From the IMG/VR virus record IMGVR_UViG_3300021295_000003, positions 40,718 through 104,717 of that record: a DNA stretch of 64,000 nucleotides. One strand, given 5' to 3'. The translations under genes were made by a program, and so were the position numbers. Below, piece after piece: positions 18,500-28,943 of this stretch (position 1 is the stretch's first letter; each line of letters starts with the position of its first letter). Under the pieces are notes generated by a model that did no database searches, was not told where the DNA came from, and saw nothing but the letters and a program-made list of their open reading frames with translations. This stretch comes from a virus. Lineage: Duplodnaviria > Caudoviricetes.

Positions 18500-19051
18500 T
18501 TATTTAATTGCTAATGCAGGAACGAAACCTGCTTTTAAAGCTTCTACACTTGCAAGGGAAATCCAATTAGTTTCACTATTAGATGTTTCAAATTCCTCAT
18601 TTGCTGTGGAGTCTAAAAAGTCCCCTGCGGTAATTGCAGCATTTGCGGATTTGATTTTTAGTTCGTCTACTGTTGCTCCGAAAAATTCGACAGTTGCTCC
18701 TCTTGGGATAAATTCTCCCCATTCTTTGCTTTCTCTTGGTAAAATGTTTTGTTCATCTTCTGTCCAACCCATACCATCTCTTAATTGTGGGTTGTTGATG
18801 ATTTTACCAATGGCTTGACTTGCTTTTGGAGCTGGTTTTACAATAATATCTCTTGCAGTTGAGTCTTGGTGTAAAATAACGTACTGTCCAATGTGCATAG
18901 GTGCAGCAAAAGTCCAATCAGGGTTTGGTCTACCAAATTCATCAAATCCTGTGTTCTTAAAAGTCATATCCCCTTCATACAGTCTTACTGCTAATCTTGG
19001 TCTATGATTTCCGTAATCCCTTGCAGGGATACCTGCGTCAATAACTCCCAT
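18500..19051 (-). CDS. Putative capsid decoration/cement protein
   Basis: 183 aa between scaffold and MCP. Confidence 0.5.
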   Translation of the reverse strand: MGVIDAGIPARDYGNHRPRLAVRLYEGDMTFKNTGFDEFGRPNPDWTFAAPMHIGQYVILHQDSTARDIIVKPAPKASQAIGKIINNPQLRDGMGWTEDEQNILPRESKEWGEFIPRGATVEFFGATVDELKIKSANAAITAGDFLDSTANEEFETSNSETNWISLASVEALKAGFVPALAIK

Positions 19052-19052
19052 T

Positions 19053-19964
19053 CTATTCTCCTCCTTGTTTTATAAAAGATGGTTCTTTACCATCGTGGGT
19101 TTTTTTGTAAAATTCTAATGCTTTTTCAGCTTTTGACGGTTCGTTACCCTCGTTTCCTTCACCTACACCTTCGGCGTTTTGTGAGCCGATACCTTGTGCT
19201 TTTTTAGTGATTTCACGGTGGTTTGCAAGACTTTCAAGTTGTTCCATTGAAGCGTCTTTCCACGCTTTTTTGGCTTCTTCGTCTTCGCCAAATGCCTTGT
19301 TAAGCAATTCTGTTTTCTTGGCTTCTTCTATTTTAGAATAAGCCTCTGCTCTTGGTTTTAAACCATCTATTTGAGCTTGATAATCTTCGTTTGAAGATTT
19401 TAAAGTAGTAATTTCTTGTTCTAATTCAGTAATCCTATTGTTTAAATCATCGACTTCGCCTAATTTTTTCTTATTAGCTTCAATAATCGCTTCTTTTTGT
19501 GCGACTTGTTTGTTTAAGTCTTTGATTTGTCCATTTAAGGTATTAATTAGTTCTTCGTTCATTTTACTTCCTCCTTCGACACTATTACATAAAATATGGC
19601 TTCTTGGTTTATCAGTCAAAATTACTTTTAATAATTCCCCATCAATAGCTTCGTAATAATCGCCTTTATCAATAAAATTAACAGAGAACTCTGGACTGAA
19701 CCCTAAACCATCTAATTTCTCGTTAGTAGTTACTTCGGCTACTAATTCATTGTTATTAAAACCATAATTGTTAGTATAACCTATCACATCAATTTTATTG
19801 TCCCCGTGTGAAGCTTCTAATGTTGAGCCACCAGTCTTTGAGGCAATCTCCTTTAAGAAACCATCAGTATAATTAACAGGTTTAACATCAAGTCCCTGTT
19901 TAATATACCATTCCTTATCATAAGTGATAGTACCAGTTTTAAATATAGTAAATTTATCAGTCAA
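19053..19964 (-). CDS. Prohead protease-like domain fused to coiled-coil scaffold
   Basis: 303 aa; protease-like N-terminus (GFSPEF...LTDKP), coiled-coil C-terminus with a possible internal start (GGAGG before MNEE). Confidence 0.6.
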   Translation of the reverse strand: MTDKFTIFKTGTITYDKEWYIKQGLDVKPVNYTDGFLKEIASKTGGSTLEASHGDNKIDVIGYTNNYGFNNNELVAEVTTNEKLDGLGFSPEFSVNFIDKGDYYEAIDGELLKVILTDKPRSHILCNSVEGGSKMNEELINTLNGQIKDLNKQVAQKEAIIEANKKKLGEVDDLNNRITELEQEITTLKSSNEDYQAQIDGLKPRAEAYSKIEEAKKTELLNKAFGEDEEAKKAWKDASMEQLESLANHREITKKAQGIGSQNAEGVGEGNEGNEPSKAEKALEFYKKTHDGKEPSFIKQGGE

Positions 19965-19970
19965 TATACA

Positions 19971-20744
19971 TCACCAACCCCTTAATTCCATATACTCATC
20001 AGAATAAACATCAGGCAACACCGGAACAAGAACACACATACCATTCGGGTGGTCTACTGGCCACCAAGACAATGGCATTGCTCCCATCGCTTCCAATTCA
20101 TAACACCACGCACAAGTATTAATTCCACTCACACGCCAATAGAACAACGCTTCCTGCCCATAAATAAAAGTCTGATATTCACGTACAATCCTATTCCTTG
20201 CATACTGGGCATTATAATCAATATGATTAACCAAACGCCTCATAGCTCTACGGAAATTACTATGCAAACTAAACATACCAGTTGTAATAGCAACGTCCTT
20301 GTAAAAAGTTGCTTTATTCTTCAAATCAGTATATAATGTATCAGTAACTGTATCAACAGCAGAGTCAATAATAGACTCCAAATCAACATCAGTAGAAACA
20401 GTTCCAGTTGGAATAGTGTATTCTACATCGAAATCAGCTTGAACATCAGCAATATAAGTCGCAAACAATGACATTAACAAATCTTTCATATCTGTATTGA
20501 AATCAGCGAGTTCCTCCTCAAAGGTTTCAGACAAGATATAAAATTCAGAGTCATACTTATGCAACAAATAAAACTCTTGAAGAAGACTTAAAGCAATTGC
20601 AATGAGTTTTTTAATTTTCTCATCACGTTCCTTCTCTTCTTCTTCCTCAAATTCTTCATCAGAGATTTCATTATCTAATAAACCAAAAAACTCCTCATAA
20701 TTTGGGGCTTCACGAACTGACTTCGGCAAGTCTACCAGCTCCAT
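19971..20744 (-). CDS. Minor head protein (MuF/gp7-like)
   Basis: C-terminal TCAWC...HPNGMC motif; follows portal. Confidence 0.75.
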   Translation of the reverse strand: MELVDLPKSVREAPNYEEFFGLLDNEISDEEFEEEEEKERDEKIKKLIAIALSLLQEFYLLHKYDSEFYILSETFEEELADFNTDMKDLLMSLFATYIADVQADFDVEYTIPTGTVSTDVDLESIIDSAVDTVTDTLYTDLKNKATFYKDVAITTGMFSLHSNFRRAMRRLVNHIDYNAQYARNRIVREYQTFIYGQEALFYWRVSGINTCAWCYELEAMGAMPLSWWPVDHPNGMCVLVPVLPDVYSDEYMELRGW

Positions 20745-22005
20745 TGTTGATATTATTATAATTCATACCATCGGTTGGTTTTGAAGTTGAAATATTACCA
20801 TTCTCATTGGTTATTGTATCGTCACCGTTTCCTGATCCTTCTTCGTTTTCAAGATATGTTCCCTCATTGATTTCAGGGTTGAAATTAATCCAAACTTTTC
20901 CAGTCATACCTTTTAATTCAAGCATTGTTTGGAATAGTTTTTCCATATAACGTGATAACTTCTCTTGAATATATTCTTGGACTAATACTCTTCCGCTTTT
21001 GTCAGAGTCTAATTGTACTACCGCAGTAGAACGATTAGAGCTACTTGAAGAGTAAATCGCTTCCGGTGTGAATAATCCAACGAAAATACAATGTTCTAAA
21101 TAATTTAAGTAATCTTGAACGTCAGGTAAGTTTGTATCTCCAATGAGTTGCGGTTCAATACCGAACGGTAAAGCAGTAACACCTAAATTATGATAATCTG
21201 ATAACGCTTCGACCATTGCGTCCACTTCGTCATCTTCTATATTAACTTCCTTACGGTCTTTGTTACCTATTTGTAAAAATAAAGTGTTTGCTTGTTTAAA
21301 AACAATTTGGGGCATCATCTTTGTGAGCATTAAGTGCATATAAGCAAAATCCAAGACATTAGCCACTATTCCTTGTGGTTTATCGTGTCTACGGAAAAAT
21401 GCGGACACCATTAAATCATCAGGTTCAAAATCAAACTCCATTTGCTCATTATTCTTCACAATTTCGTTGAAACGTTTTCTAAACCAACCTTTGTTAGTAT
21501 TTTGGTTTACTTCAACGATTTGTTTGTAACCTATGATTTCTGCTCCGGTTTCATCATCGTAGATTTCTTTTATACGATAATTTTCCCCATCAAACGCTAA
21601 TTCACGTAGAGTAACTTCGTTTTTATCTATAACTATCTCACGGAAGTCCACTCCATCAACACAATTATTCCATACAAGATTGTGCATTAAGGTTGAATAA
21701 TCTAATCTTTCGTCTTCTTTGATGATGAAATCAATCGCTTCTTGATTATCGCCCTCAATAACCCAACCGCTAATAGATTTAATTACTAAATCTTCTAAAA
21801 TACCATTAACAATTGGGGATTTCTCTGCACATAATCGTAAATTCTTTATTGATGGAATAACAAGGTCTGGGAGTTTCTCTCCCCAATTAACACTTTCTTG
21901 ATTTATATTCCCTCTTACATCATCAAAGCCAACATCTGTAATATCAGATTTTTCGCTATTGAATAATCTTGAACCGACTTTGATAATTGGGTCAAATATT
22001 CCCAT
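20710..22005 (-). CDS. Portal protein (module A)
   Basis: 431 aa immediately after the terminase large subunit. Confidence 0.8.
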   Translation of the reverse strand: MGIFDPIIKVGSRLFNSEKSDITDVGFDDVRGNINQESVNWGEKLPDLVIPSIKNLRLCAEKSPIVNGILEDLVIKSISGWVIEGDNQEAIDFIIKEDERLDYSTLMHNLVWNNCVDGVDFREIVIDKNEVTLRELAFDGENYRIKEIYDDETGAEIIGYKQIVEVNQNTNKGWFRKRFNEIVKNNEQMEFDFEPDDLMVSAFFRRHDKPQGIVANVLDFAYMHLMLTKMMPQIVFKQANTLFLQIGNKDRKEVNIEDDEVDAMVEALSDYHNLGVTALPFGIEPQLIGDTNLPDVQDYLNYLEHCIFVGLFTPEAIYSSSSSNRSTAVVQLDSDKSGRVLVQEYIQEKLSRYMEKLFQTMLELKGMTGKVWINFNPEINEGTYLENEEGSGNGDDTITNENGNISTSKPTDGMNYNNINNGAGRLAEVSS

Positions 22006-22006
22006 C

Positions 22007-23326
22007 TTAATACACTCTCACTTTTCTGTAAAAATCTTTTCCCATAGGACGATTTGGTGATAAACTTCCCCTTACACCATACACTCCATAAGCCAATGCG
22101 TCCATAGCGTGGTCATTAACCTTTACTGGCTCATCAAGAGTCACTCCTTCACGGTTTTTACGATATTTATAACCTTTAATCTCACGTATTGTATTAACGC
22201 AACGTGGGTGAATATGAATACGAGTCTGCTTTGTAGTAGTGATTTTCGCCTTAACGTCCTTAATTCCTTTCTCCATTGGAAAACCATTCTGTACAAACTC
22301 TTCAATACGGTCAGGTTCGGCAGCGTCACCGTAACCTGTGTTTAAATGCTCCGGCAGTAATTTATGCTTGAATAACATATCTTTACACTCTTGAATTAAT
22401 TCACGGTTTAATAATTTCGCTTTATAAACCTCATCAAGCACATACACTTCATTATCATACCAAGCAAGTAATAAAAAACAACTTGGATTGTTAAAACCGA
22501 AGTCTGCTCCGAAACTGTAAAAATCAAAATTATCACGGACAACAACTGTATCATAGTTCGGATAAATCACATCTGTTAATTTACCCCATTGTCCGGCACT
22601 ATAACGAAGCCATAGCTCGTAATCTTCGTTTTTCAAGTTATCATAATAATCACGCTGAAATTTCGGTAATTTCAAATTCTCACTATAATGGAAATGTGCT
22701 GATTTCCTCCTTTTCTGAATATTAGCCAAAATTTCCTCATAACTTGGATAAGGTTTGCCCTCTGCGATGGCTTCTTGTTTTTTAGTTTCAAATTCAGTAG
22801 TAGCGTCCGCAAATTCGTGATAACGTTTATAAATCCAATGCTCCTCACTTTCAGGTTGAACTACAAGTAACATTTGCGAATATCCTCCTTCACGTTTACT
22901 TGCCTCGCCCCTACCAAGACGTAACATTAGTTCAATATAAAACTCGGGACTATTAAGTTCCTCCGCTTGTTCAATGTATATCATATCTGCGTTGATTGAA
23001 CGCACCTTCGAGAGCTCGTCTAACGCACCAAAATACAATTTACTATTGTTACTAAACGTAATAACTCCCTCTGACTTGTTTTCCTCATAAGGAATACCCA
23101 AATCATACAAAATATTACGAATTTCCTTCCAAGAAGTACGCTTCAAAGACGGTAAAGTCTTACGATAAATATAAATTGAAGCGTCAGGATACTTTAACGC
23201 ATAAAAAATGACTTTATAACAAGCAAAGATAGTCTTACCTGATCCCGCACTACCCTCTATGAGTAATTCACGTGTACGGTCATTAATCCATCTCTGTTGA
23301 GTTGGAGTCATCTCTACTGCTACCAT
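22007..23326 (-). CDS. terL: Terminase large subunit (PBSX-like, module A)
   Basis: Walker A GSAGSGKT, Walker B YIEQ, nuclease GADFGFNNP and DHAMDALAY. Confidence 0.95.
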   Translation of the reverse strand: MVAVEMTPTQQRWINDRTRELLIEGSAGSGKTIFACYKVIFYALKYPDASIYIYRKTLPSLKRTSWKEIRNILYDLGIPYEENKSEGVITFSNNSKLYFGALDELSKVRSINADMIYIEQAEELNSPEFYIELMLRLGRGEASKREGGYSQMLLVVQPESEEHWIYKRYHEFADATTEFETKKQEAIAEGKPYPSYEEILANIQKRRKSAHFHYSENLKLPKFQRDYYDNLKNEDYELWLRYSAGQWGKLTDVIYPNYDTVVVRDNFDFYSFGADFGFNNPSCFLLLAWYDNEVYVLDEVYKAKLLNRELIQECKDMLFKHKLLPEHLNTGYGDAAEPDRIEEFVQNGFPMEKGIKDVKAKITTTKQTRIHIHPRCVNTIREIKGYKYRKNREGVTLDEPVKVNDHAMDALAYGVYGVRGSLSPNRPMGKDFYRKVRVY

Positions 23327-23816
23327 CGTTTACCTCATAATCAACTTCTATCGCTTCTTCTTCGTTGTTATCTGCGTCCACCCCAGTCATATTCACAATG
23401 TTGATTTCAATTGCTTTATCATCTTTGGCGTCTAATTCCAATGTATTTTTACGTTTATTAGCCGCACCGAAACGATTATCCTCTAAATACATAAGAATAC
23501 GTGTATCTCCTTCGTCTACTTTCTTCCACATTGCTTTTAATAATCGTTTATGCAATTGAATATCAGCTCTTGCAAGTTCATCGATAAACATTATCAAATT
23601 TGTACCGGTGTAACCGTCTTCAACATCTTCTCTGTAAAAACGTAACCAATCTTTAAATGTATGTTTAGACCCTCCGGCTGCAACAAATGCCTCTGACGCA
23701 GTTAAACCACAATTAATCCCATCTTTAACTTTTTTTAAAAGGATTTCTCTATCTAATTTATCTGCAAGTAATCGTGGTTCGTGTGGTGGTCTGTAATCCG
23801 CAGGTAATTTTGCCAT
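23283..23816 (-). CDS. terS: Terminase small subunit (module A)
   Basis: 177 aa HTH-like protein overlapping the terL start. Confidence 0.7.
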   Translation of the reverse strand: MAKLPADYRPPHEPRLLADKLDREILLKKVKDGINCGLTASEAFVAAGGSKHTFKDWLRFYREDVEDGYTGTNLIMFIDELARADIQLHKRLLKAMWKKVDEGDTRILMYLEDNRFGAANKRKNTLELDAKDDKAIEINIVNMTGVDADNNEEEAIEVDYEVNDGSSRDDSNSTEMD

Positions 23817-23863
23817 ATTCCTTCACTTCCTCCAATTTTGATACACAAAAGAAATTAGCTGAA

Positions 23864-24262
23864 TTACAATATATGTGAATTGAACAATATTGATAAGACA
23901 ATAGTTAAAACAGTTAATCCTAATCCAAAAATGGTTAATATCCTATTAATACGGATACGTGACTCTTTTTTGTCCTCTTCTATCTTTTCTTCAAATGCTT
24001 GTTGTTTTGTTTCAATTGATTGTAATCTTAATTCTAATTCGCTATCGTCTGATTTAGACTCAATTTTTAATTCATTGAAGCCTTCAAGCACTTTATCGAA
24101 TTTGTCATTCAATTTATCCATCTTACTGTTTAATTCATCTATTCTTCTTTCCTTAAAATCGCTATGAGCTTCTAATCTTTCTATTTTCCTTGATTGAGCT
24201 TGTATTTGTTCTTCGTGTAAACATTCTAACGAAGTATTATGATTAGCAGTCATCATCATCAC
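23864..24262 (-). CDS. Coiled-coil protein with C-terminal TM helix (lysis cassette?)
   Basis: Homologous to 50511-50879 (QSRKI..LEA..DFK..RIDEL...LELRL..IET). Confidence 0.6.
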   Translation of the reverse strand: MMMMTANHNTSLECLHEEQIQAQSRKIERLEAHSDFKERRIDELNSKMDKLNDKFDKVLEGFNELKIESKSDDSELELRLQSIETKQQAFEEKIEEDKKESRIRINRILTIFGLGLTVLTIVLSILFNSHIL

Positions 24263-24518
24263 CAGTCACGTATTCATCGTTCAAAACACCATCATCGGTA
24301 ACTGGTTCTGCTTTTTTATTTCCTAAAAATTTAAATGTATTCGGATTGTAACTACTCCATACTGCCAATATTATCCCTACTAATGCAACAAAGAATGTTG
24401 TAAAGGTTGCTTCATCAATGTTAATACCATACTTAACGAGTAATGGGGAAATTAACACATAAATCCATACTGCAATAGTTGAGATGTTTCCTTGTGTAAA
24501 ATCCAATATAATCACCAT
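24243..24518 (-). CDS. Holin-like two-TM membrane protein
   Basis: Two hydrophobic helices; acidic tail LNDEYVTGDDD shared with 50279-50533. Confidence 0.6.
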   Translation of the reverse strand: MVIILDFTQGNISTIAVWIYVLISPLLVKYGINIDEATFTTFFVALVGIILAVWSSYNPNTFKFLGNKKAEPVTDDGVLNDEYVTGDDDDC

Positions 24519-24527
24519 AAATGTTTT

Positions 24528-24692
24528 TTATTTTGTTGTCATTTCGTTTGCTATCGCTACCAATTCCCTGTATGTGAATAGCCATTGATTATTACGCATT
24601 AAGACTACTCCTGTTTCTTCGATAAACACTTCATCGTGGTGTGTGTCTTTAATTAAGCGTATTCGTCCAAATAAATAACCATAACCTTTCAT
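24528..24692 (-). CDS. Small hypothetical protein (MKGYGYLF...)
   Basis: The last 54 codons of the 163-aa track ORF look protein-like; the upstream part is low-complexity. Confidence 0.4.
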   Translation of the reverse strand: MKGYGYLFGRIRLIKDTHHDEVFIEETGVVLMRNNQWLFTYRELVAIANEMTTK

Positions 24693-25050
24693 AATGTAAA
24701 CGTAGAGAGAAGAGGAGCGTATTATGGGTAAAAATGATAGTAAAAAAACCATTAATACGTCCCTCTTATGGAAATGACATAATTTGAGTTGTTTATTTTG
24801 GAGGTTTATTGTCCTCTCTATTCGTATTATTCTTAATAATGGCATTTTTTGGTTTTCTGAAAAAATTTGGGGATTGTATATAGAAAACGTAATAATATAC
24901 TCGGGAAAAGTAATACTAACCTTGAAAAATAAGCCAAAAAATAACTCCAACATAACCACTCCAAAACCACAGCACACAAACCACAACCCCCAAACACACC
25001 AACCAAGAAAAAAAACCAATCAAATCAACAAAACAAGCCCAGCACATCGT

Positions 25051-25272
25051 AGACACATTAGACACATTTTGACACATTTTACAAATGTGTCTTCACGGAG
25101 CAAGGAGAACACGTAAAAACAGTAAAAGAAACCATAAAAACAGTTTTCATATGAAGACACATTTCCGTGTTACATACACCCCCCTTTTTTTCAAAAAGTA
25201 GGAAAAATATAATGTGTCTTTGTGACCTTGTGACCTAATACAATGAAATGTGTCTATGTGACTATGTGTCTA
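25051..25272. repeat. Cluster of GACACAT/ATGTGTC repeats in both orientations
   Basis: agacacattagacacattttgacacattttacaaatgtgtc; gaagacacattt; aatgtgtcttgtgaccttgtgacc; atgtgtctatgtgactatgtgtc. Confidence 0.75.
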
Positions 25273-25893
25273 ACTAATAATATACTATATAAAATAATAA
25301 TATACTAATATATAAGAAAATAAATATATATAATACTCTAAAAGAAAAAATAAATAATATCCATTCTCCAACACTCAAATAAACCCTCACTCCAAAAACC
25401 ACCAAACACAACAAGACACAATAAAAAAATATAACAACGTTATAAAAAGAAAAAAAGGATACAAACATATGACAATCTGTAAAAAGCCGCTTTCCCTGGT
25501 CCCGTGATGTATTAAAAATTTTAAAAAAATAAAATATTCATTGAAAAAAGCGTATTTTTAAGCTTTTTTTTATTCAAATATTAGAAAACTTATTAAAAAA
25601 CGTGACTTTATAGAATAGAAAACAATAAAAAAACTAAAAATTAAACGTTAAAAAAAAATAAAAAAAAGATTGAAAACATAACAATAAAAAAATAATACGT
25701 TAAAAAATCAGTAATAAAGATATTAAAAAAATAAGATATGTTGCGGGCCTTGGTGGTGCCCGTAACATATGAGTATATTATTAATAGGTTTTAAGGCGTT
25801 TGCTTTTTTTTATTGTAGTATTTTGTATATTATTTTTAGTATTGTTCTTAATATACTATATAAGATTAGGAATAATATAATATATATGAAGGT

Positions 25894-26559
25894 TTAGACC
25901 TCCCGTATATATTGTTTTGTTTTGCATTCATAGTATATTTTCTTGGTGGTTTTGCCGTTGCGCCCGTAATATGGTTTTATTGTCTTTTTAAAGTAATGGT
26001 TTACGGTTTTAATATAATAGTTATATAGATATTTAAAAGTTGTTTTCCTTGTTATGACGGTTTTATGGTTCCCGTTTTTGTATTGGGTTTTTTCTGTTTT
26101 ATAGTGTTTTGAATACTCTGTTATTAATTGGTTTTCTTTATACGCGTTGGTGCTAATTCCGTTTATTTTGTTTTTTATGGTTTGACTGTCTGTAAACTCT
26201 TCTAAAATATCTAATAATAGTATTGATAGTTCGTTTTTATTGTTGGTGTCACGGATTAGTATAAAAGTTTCTGGTTTTACGTTTGGAATTACTATAAAAT
26301 TATTATAATTTGCTAAACGGTTAAACCTTGGTTTATGTTTGGTTGCGGTGGTGGTGCTATATACGGCGGCGGTTTCTATATAAAAACGGTTTCCGTCAAT
26401 ATCTATAAAAGCCCCGATAATAGTATTGTAACTATAAGCTAAATTTAAATTTGTATTTATGTCTAATAATGCCGCGCTTGTATAATCTACGCGGTACTCG
26501 TTGTTAAATCCGTCTTTAATTAGATTTAAACTAATATAAGGTGTTTCTTTAATTAACAT
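25894..26559 (-). CDS. Hypothetical early protein
   Basis: 221 aa preceded by AGGACGTGTTAAAAAATG. Confidence 0.65.
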   Translation of the reverse strand: MLIKETPYISLNLIKDGFNNEYRVDYTSAALLDINTNLNLAYSYNTIIGAFIDIDGNRFYIETAAVYSTTTATKHKPRFNRLANYNNFIVIPNVKPETFILIRDTNNKNELSILLLDILEEFTDSQTIKNKINGISTNAYKENQLITEYSKHYKTEKTQYKNGNHKTVITRKTTFKYLYNYYIKTVNHYFKKTIKPYYGRNGKTTKKIYYECKTKQYIREV

Positions 26560-26760
26560 TTTTTAACACGTCCTTTAATTGTTTTTTTTAAATATAGTGT
26601 TTTTTTACGTGGTTTTATCTTATCCACGTTATAAAAAAGCTTTATAAACTTAAAATATACAATAAAATAAGATTAAAAATATTTATTGCATAAATAAAAT
26701 AATTGGAGGTTAAAATTAATTTTAACCTTTTAAAGCTGTAATAAATTTTAAACACGTCCT

Positions 26761-26991
26761 TTAAAATTCTATTTGCTCGAACTCTATGTTTAATTTTAAA
26801 TTAAAATCTAATAATAAACGTTTAATTTCATTAAAATAGTATTTTTTATCTTTTTTATTTTCAAATAACTTATAAAAATTAATACAATCATTCAAACGTA
26901 TTTTACTAACATATGAACAACTGTTTAAATCATTTATAAGTATATTGTTACTTACTCCTTCGATAAGTTTTATAAAATCTTTGTTTTTCAT
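26761..26991 (-). CDS. Hypothetical early protein
   Basis: Same AGGACGTGTTAAAAATG leader; ATG at 26991. Confidence 0.55.
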   Translation of the reverse strand: MKNKDFIKLIEGVSNNILINDLNSCSYVSKIRLNDCINFYKLFENKKDKKYYFNEIKRLLLDFNLKLNIEFEQIEF

Positions 26992-27166
26992 TTTTAACAC
27001 GTCCTTAAAAAATAAAATTTTTATTGCTATAAAAACGCTTTCATTATTAACGGCGGTTTTATGCCGTTAAACGCCTTTACTTTAACGTAACCTTGACGGT
27101 TACACGCGTTTAAAATTTTACCTTTAAACGCGGTGTCTAACTATTGATAATAATAGTTATGTTACT

Positions 27167-27190
27167 GTACTATATAAATGTTTTGGTATA
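27167..27190 (-). promoter_or_regulatory. Archaeal BRE-TATA promoter
   Basis: TATACCAAAACATTTATATAG on the - strand. Confidence 0.6.
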
Positions 27191-27723
27191 ATGTAATATT
27201 TATTTTACACTTAAAATTAAAAATAGTTTATCTGGTCCCGTTAAACGTGCGGCACGTGTTAAACGTCCCGTTAATTGAATAAATCAATATTTTTAAAGTT
27301 AGTTTATTTTATTGTTAAAAATTGTTAGGCGTTTACGTGCCGTTTAAATTAACATAACGTTTAATTAAATCAATACTTTAAACATTAACTATTAAAATAA
27401 ATAATCATATCTTTAATAATTCTAACTAATAACAATAAAAACAATAAAGTTAAACTATTAAATATAGATTAACTAATAAAAAAAGATTACTTTTTAAAAA
27501 TTTTAACGGCGGACCCGTCAATATAAATGTTTAAAGGCGGGATCCGTTACGGCGTTATAAAATTTAAAATTTTAAAAGATCAGTACGGGACAATATAAAA
27601 TTTTATTTTTTTAAAAGATCAGCTTTCCAGGTAGTTTATCAGCGGCAGCAGCGTCTGTTTCGGGTCCTGGTCCTGATAGGTTAATCTTTTCACGTGAGTG
27701 AGTTGGTGAGAGTGTTTTTTTAC

Positions 27724-28090
27724 TTTAAGTTATGGTAGATAACTCGGCGGAAAAATTTTTTTTCTTTAAGTTTATGGTAGATAACTGGGGCGTTTTTGTT
27801 TTAAGTTATGGTAGATAGATTTTGGAAAATTCGGCTTTAAGTCTTGGTAGATAGATTTCAAAAGTTTTTCTTTTAAGTTATGGTAGATAACTTTGAGGGT
27901 TTTTGTTTTTTTTTTAAGTTTTGGTAGATGGAGTGTGCTTGGATTTTTGTTTTAAGTATTGGTAGATGGTTTTTTAAGTTTTCGTAGATGGATTTGGCGT
28001 GTTTTTAAATTTATGGTAGATGGATTTTTGATTTTGGTTTAAGTGTTGGTAGATAGGTATGGAATGCTTTTTTTAAGTTTATGGTAGATG
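27724..28090. repeat. Array of 11 copies of TTTAAGTTATGGTAGAT (degenerate), about 22-41 bp period
   Basis: Copies near 27724, 27765, 27800, 27836, 27872, 27913, 27951, 27973, 28004, 28038, 28072 with variable T-rich linkers. Confidence 0.9.
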
Positions 28091-28420
28091 ATTTTTTAGT
28101 ATTTTTTAGGGTTTTTCAAGTGTTTCAGCTGCTTTTCAAGTGTTTTTTCAGCAGATAAAATTAAAAAATAGTAATTTTCAATGATTTTAAGATAATTTGT
28201 TAAAAAAAAGAGTAGTTTTCTGTTTGGACGTGTCAAGGAGAGAGAAATGTTTGTGCAAAGACGTGTAAAATTGCACAATATTCCTCTCTCCTCTTATGTG
28301 TTTTCTTTTAAGTGTTTTTCCTTTTAAAATAGTTAGACTTTTTTTAAAAAAAACAATTTAAAAGACGTGTAGAACTATCCTTATGGACAGTTCAGTTAAA
28401 TTATTTGTACTTGAATGTAT

Positions 28421-28699
28421 TTAAAACTTTCGAGGAGTCACATCAATAAAGTTTTTGATTAATTCCTCCAATTGTTTAAATTCAACTTTGCTACCGAAGA
28501 TTAAGAGGTGAGAATGGTATACAAATCCTTTCCTACTGTATCTGCAATGAGCAGTACGATTATTCACTTCTCCTCCTTCGTATTTGTTCCATTTACCATA
28601 ATCAACGTCCTTTTTGATAATGGACGCTAACTGTTTAACGGTAACAGTTTTGCCTTTTGTTGTACTGTAACTATCGTTAGTTCCGTAAATATATCTCAT
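28421..28699 (-). CDS. Hypothetical protein
   Basis: 92 aa with GGAGG RBS. Confidence 0.6.
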   Translation of the reverse strand: MRYIYGTNDSYSTTKGKTVTVKQLASIIKKDVDYGKWNKYEGGEVNNRTAHCRYSRKGFVYHSHLLIFGSKVEFKQLEELIKNFIDVTPRKF

Positions 28700-28703
28700 A
28701 ATA

Positions 28704-28943
28704 TTAGTCCTCCTCTGTTAATAAGTCAATGTAATTTTCTTTAAGGTATTCTTGTACATCAGGAAACCTGCTGATTAGTTCGTCAAGGATTTGACAAGCA
28801 GTTTCAGCTTCTAAATCCCTTAATTTGTCTACAATATTGAATGCAATTAAGGGGGTTGGTTTTTCTACTGGTCTGAAACAGTTATACTGTTTGTTTGTTG
28901 GGGTTTTGATTAAATCCATCAGATTAATCCTCCTTTGGTTCAT
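28704..28943 (-). CDS. Hypothetical protein
   Basis: 79 aa; start may be the internal MDL after GGAGG. Confidence 0.55.
   Translation of the reverse strand: MNQRRINLMDLIKTPTNKQYNCFRPVEKPTPLIAFNIVDKLRDLEAETACQILDELISRFPDVQEYLKENYIDLLTEED

Noticed and set aside
676-24167. Numerous + strand ORFs in the track
   Set aside because: Antisense shadows of the - strand structural genes; Ser/Leu/Phe-rich with no RBS
24693-25468. ORFs 24784-25116, 25274-25468 and the N-terminal part of 24528-25019
   Set aside because: Low-complexity products of strong strand skew
27724-28090. CRISPR array (the repeat end resembles the Cas12a ...GTAGAT)
   Set aside because: Repeats are only about 17 bp, degenerate and non-palindromic; linkers are 5-24 bp, T-rich and non-random; no cas genes
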